The translations under genes were made by a program, and so were the position numbers. Of a DNA stretch of 64,000 bases, positions 63,108-64,000 are shown piece after piece; the first letter of the stretch is position 1; every line of letters begins with the position of its first letter. The notes beneath the pieces are model-generated. The model had not been told where the DNA came from, made no database searches, and saw only the letters and a program-made list of their open reading frames with translations. Source of the DNA: a virus; the IMG/VR virus record IMGVR_UViG_3300020045_003852, positions 16,015-80,014 of that record; one strand, 5' to 3'.

Positions 63108-64000
63108 ATGGGCAAAAGAGGCGAGTGGGTTGGGAAAGAGTTTATATCAAAGACTGGTAAGAAGTGTGTTGTGATTGAGTATAACGGATGCAAAGATGTT
63201 GTTATACAGTTTGAGGATGGAACAGTTATTCATAGAGAAGCGAATACCCTTAAGGTGTGTCCTCCGTGCCATCCAGAAGATAACAAACTTGTAGTAAAGG
63301 TTCGGGTTGGAGATATTTATGATACAAACAGATTTGGAAAGGTTATTATCACAAAATACGAAGGAACAAGAAAGGTGACAGTCCAGTTTGCAGATTATCC
63401 TGAAGAGTTTGTAACAGCGCAACTAAATGCAATACAGAAAGGCTTTGTTACGCCACACTTCTATAATGTAAGAACGCTTGATAGATGGAAAGAAACAGCA
63501 ACAAAGAAGCACAACGGAAGGTATGACTATTCTCTTATTAAAGAGAAGCCTTATAATCATCAAGATATAATTGTTCATTGTAACCACTGCGGAAAAGATT
63601 ATGTTGTTAATGCAGAGTTGCATATGAATGGTGGAGGGCATTGTGGATGTAAAAAGTTAGAAGAATTGGACGAATTCTACAATAAGGCTTCTGCTAAGAC
63701 GGCGTATAAAATTAACAGAAGTTCTATACAGTCAAAAGAGATGTGGCAGTCTGTTGAAGCGGAGTGTAAACAACATGGTGTTTTCACATCATCAATCACC
63801 AAGTTAATTAAAGGCCGTCGGTGTCCTGAGTGCGAGATGATACAACTGAGATTGAATCTAATAGAGGAGAAGGAAGAGATACTAAGTGGTATTGAAGTGT
63901 TAGGATTCACAGAGGATTACAAGTACATTCTTTTAGACACAACGTCCGGCGAGATTAAGACATATAGCATCAGCGATTTAAAGAAAAAGAAAAACAGCCC
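63108..64000 (+). CDS. homing-endonuclease-like protein with zinc-ribbon repeats (runs off the window)
   Basis: Hand translation MGKRGEWVGKEF...V.VQF.D (twice)...HNGRYDYSL...CNHC...CKQHG...CPEC; open to the end of the window. Confidence 0.7.
   Translation, partial: MGKRGEWVGKEFISKTGKKCVVIEYNGCKDVVIQFEDGTVIHREANTLKVCPPCHPEDNKLVVKVRVGDIYDTNRFGKVIITKYEGTRKVTVQFADYPEEFVTAQLNAIQKGFVTPHFYNVRTLDRWKETATKKHNGRYDYSLIKEKPYNHQDIIVHCNHCGKDYVVNAELHMNGGGHCGCKKLEELDEFYNKASAKTAYKINRSSIQSKEMWQSVEAECKQHGVFTSSITKLIKGRRCPECEMIQLRLNLIEEKEEILSGIEVLGFTEDYKYILLDTTSGEIKTYSISDLKKKKNS

Noticed and set aside
1-64000. Stop-codon reassignment
   Set aside because: Core genes are full length in the standard code, TAA, TGA and TAG all end genes, and there is no suppressor tRNA.

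Overview
This window is a large piece of a tailed dsDNA phage genome (siphovirus type, lambda/T1-like tail tip, standard genetic code, host-like sigma70 promoters; no integrase or repressor seen, so probably lytic). It has three blocks. (1) 1-19.65 kb, + strand: early and replication genes, including an adenine/N4C methyltransferase, SleB-like hydrolase, T7-like primase-helicase, family B DNA polymerase, SSB, 5'-3' exonuclease, PAPS-reductase-like protein, DUF5664, an RNase H-like exonuclease and a MazG-like enzyme. (2) 19.7-51.5 kb, - strand: packaging, head, tail and lysis genes, one tRNA, and several free-standing homing endonucleases. (3) 52.3-64 kb, + strand: wHTH proteins, a deaminase, PhoH, a ClpP-like protease, an intein-containing DNA ligase and a broken RNA ligase/GIY-YIG/C5-MTase junction. 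The most notable items are ones the ORF track does not show: a ~570-nt promoter-driven, multiply pseudoknotted non-coding RNA in front of the tRNA; a 221-nt group I intron in the TerL Walker A motif that appears to end in A rather than G; a covarying kissing-loop leader RNA in front of two zinc-ribbon endonuclease paralogs; two non-coding arrays of mini-hairpins (mostly 5-bp stem, 3-nt loop); and a small early protein that copies the tape-measure C-terminal motif. All calls come from manual motif reading and hand base-pairing. No database search or folding program was run.
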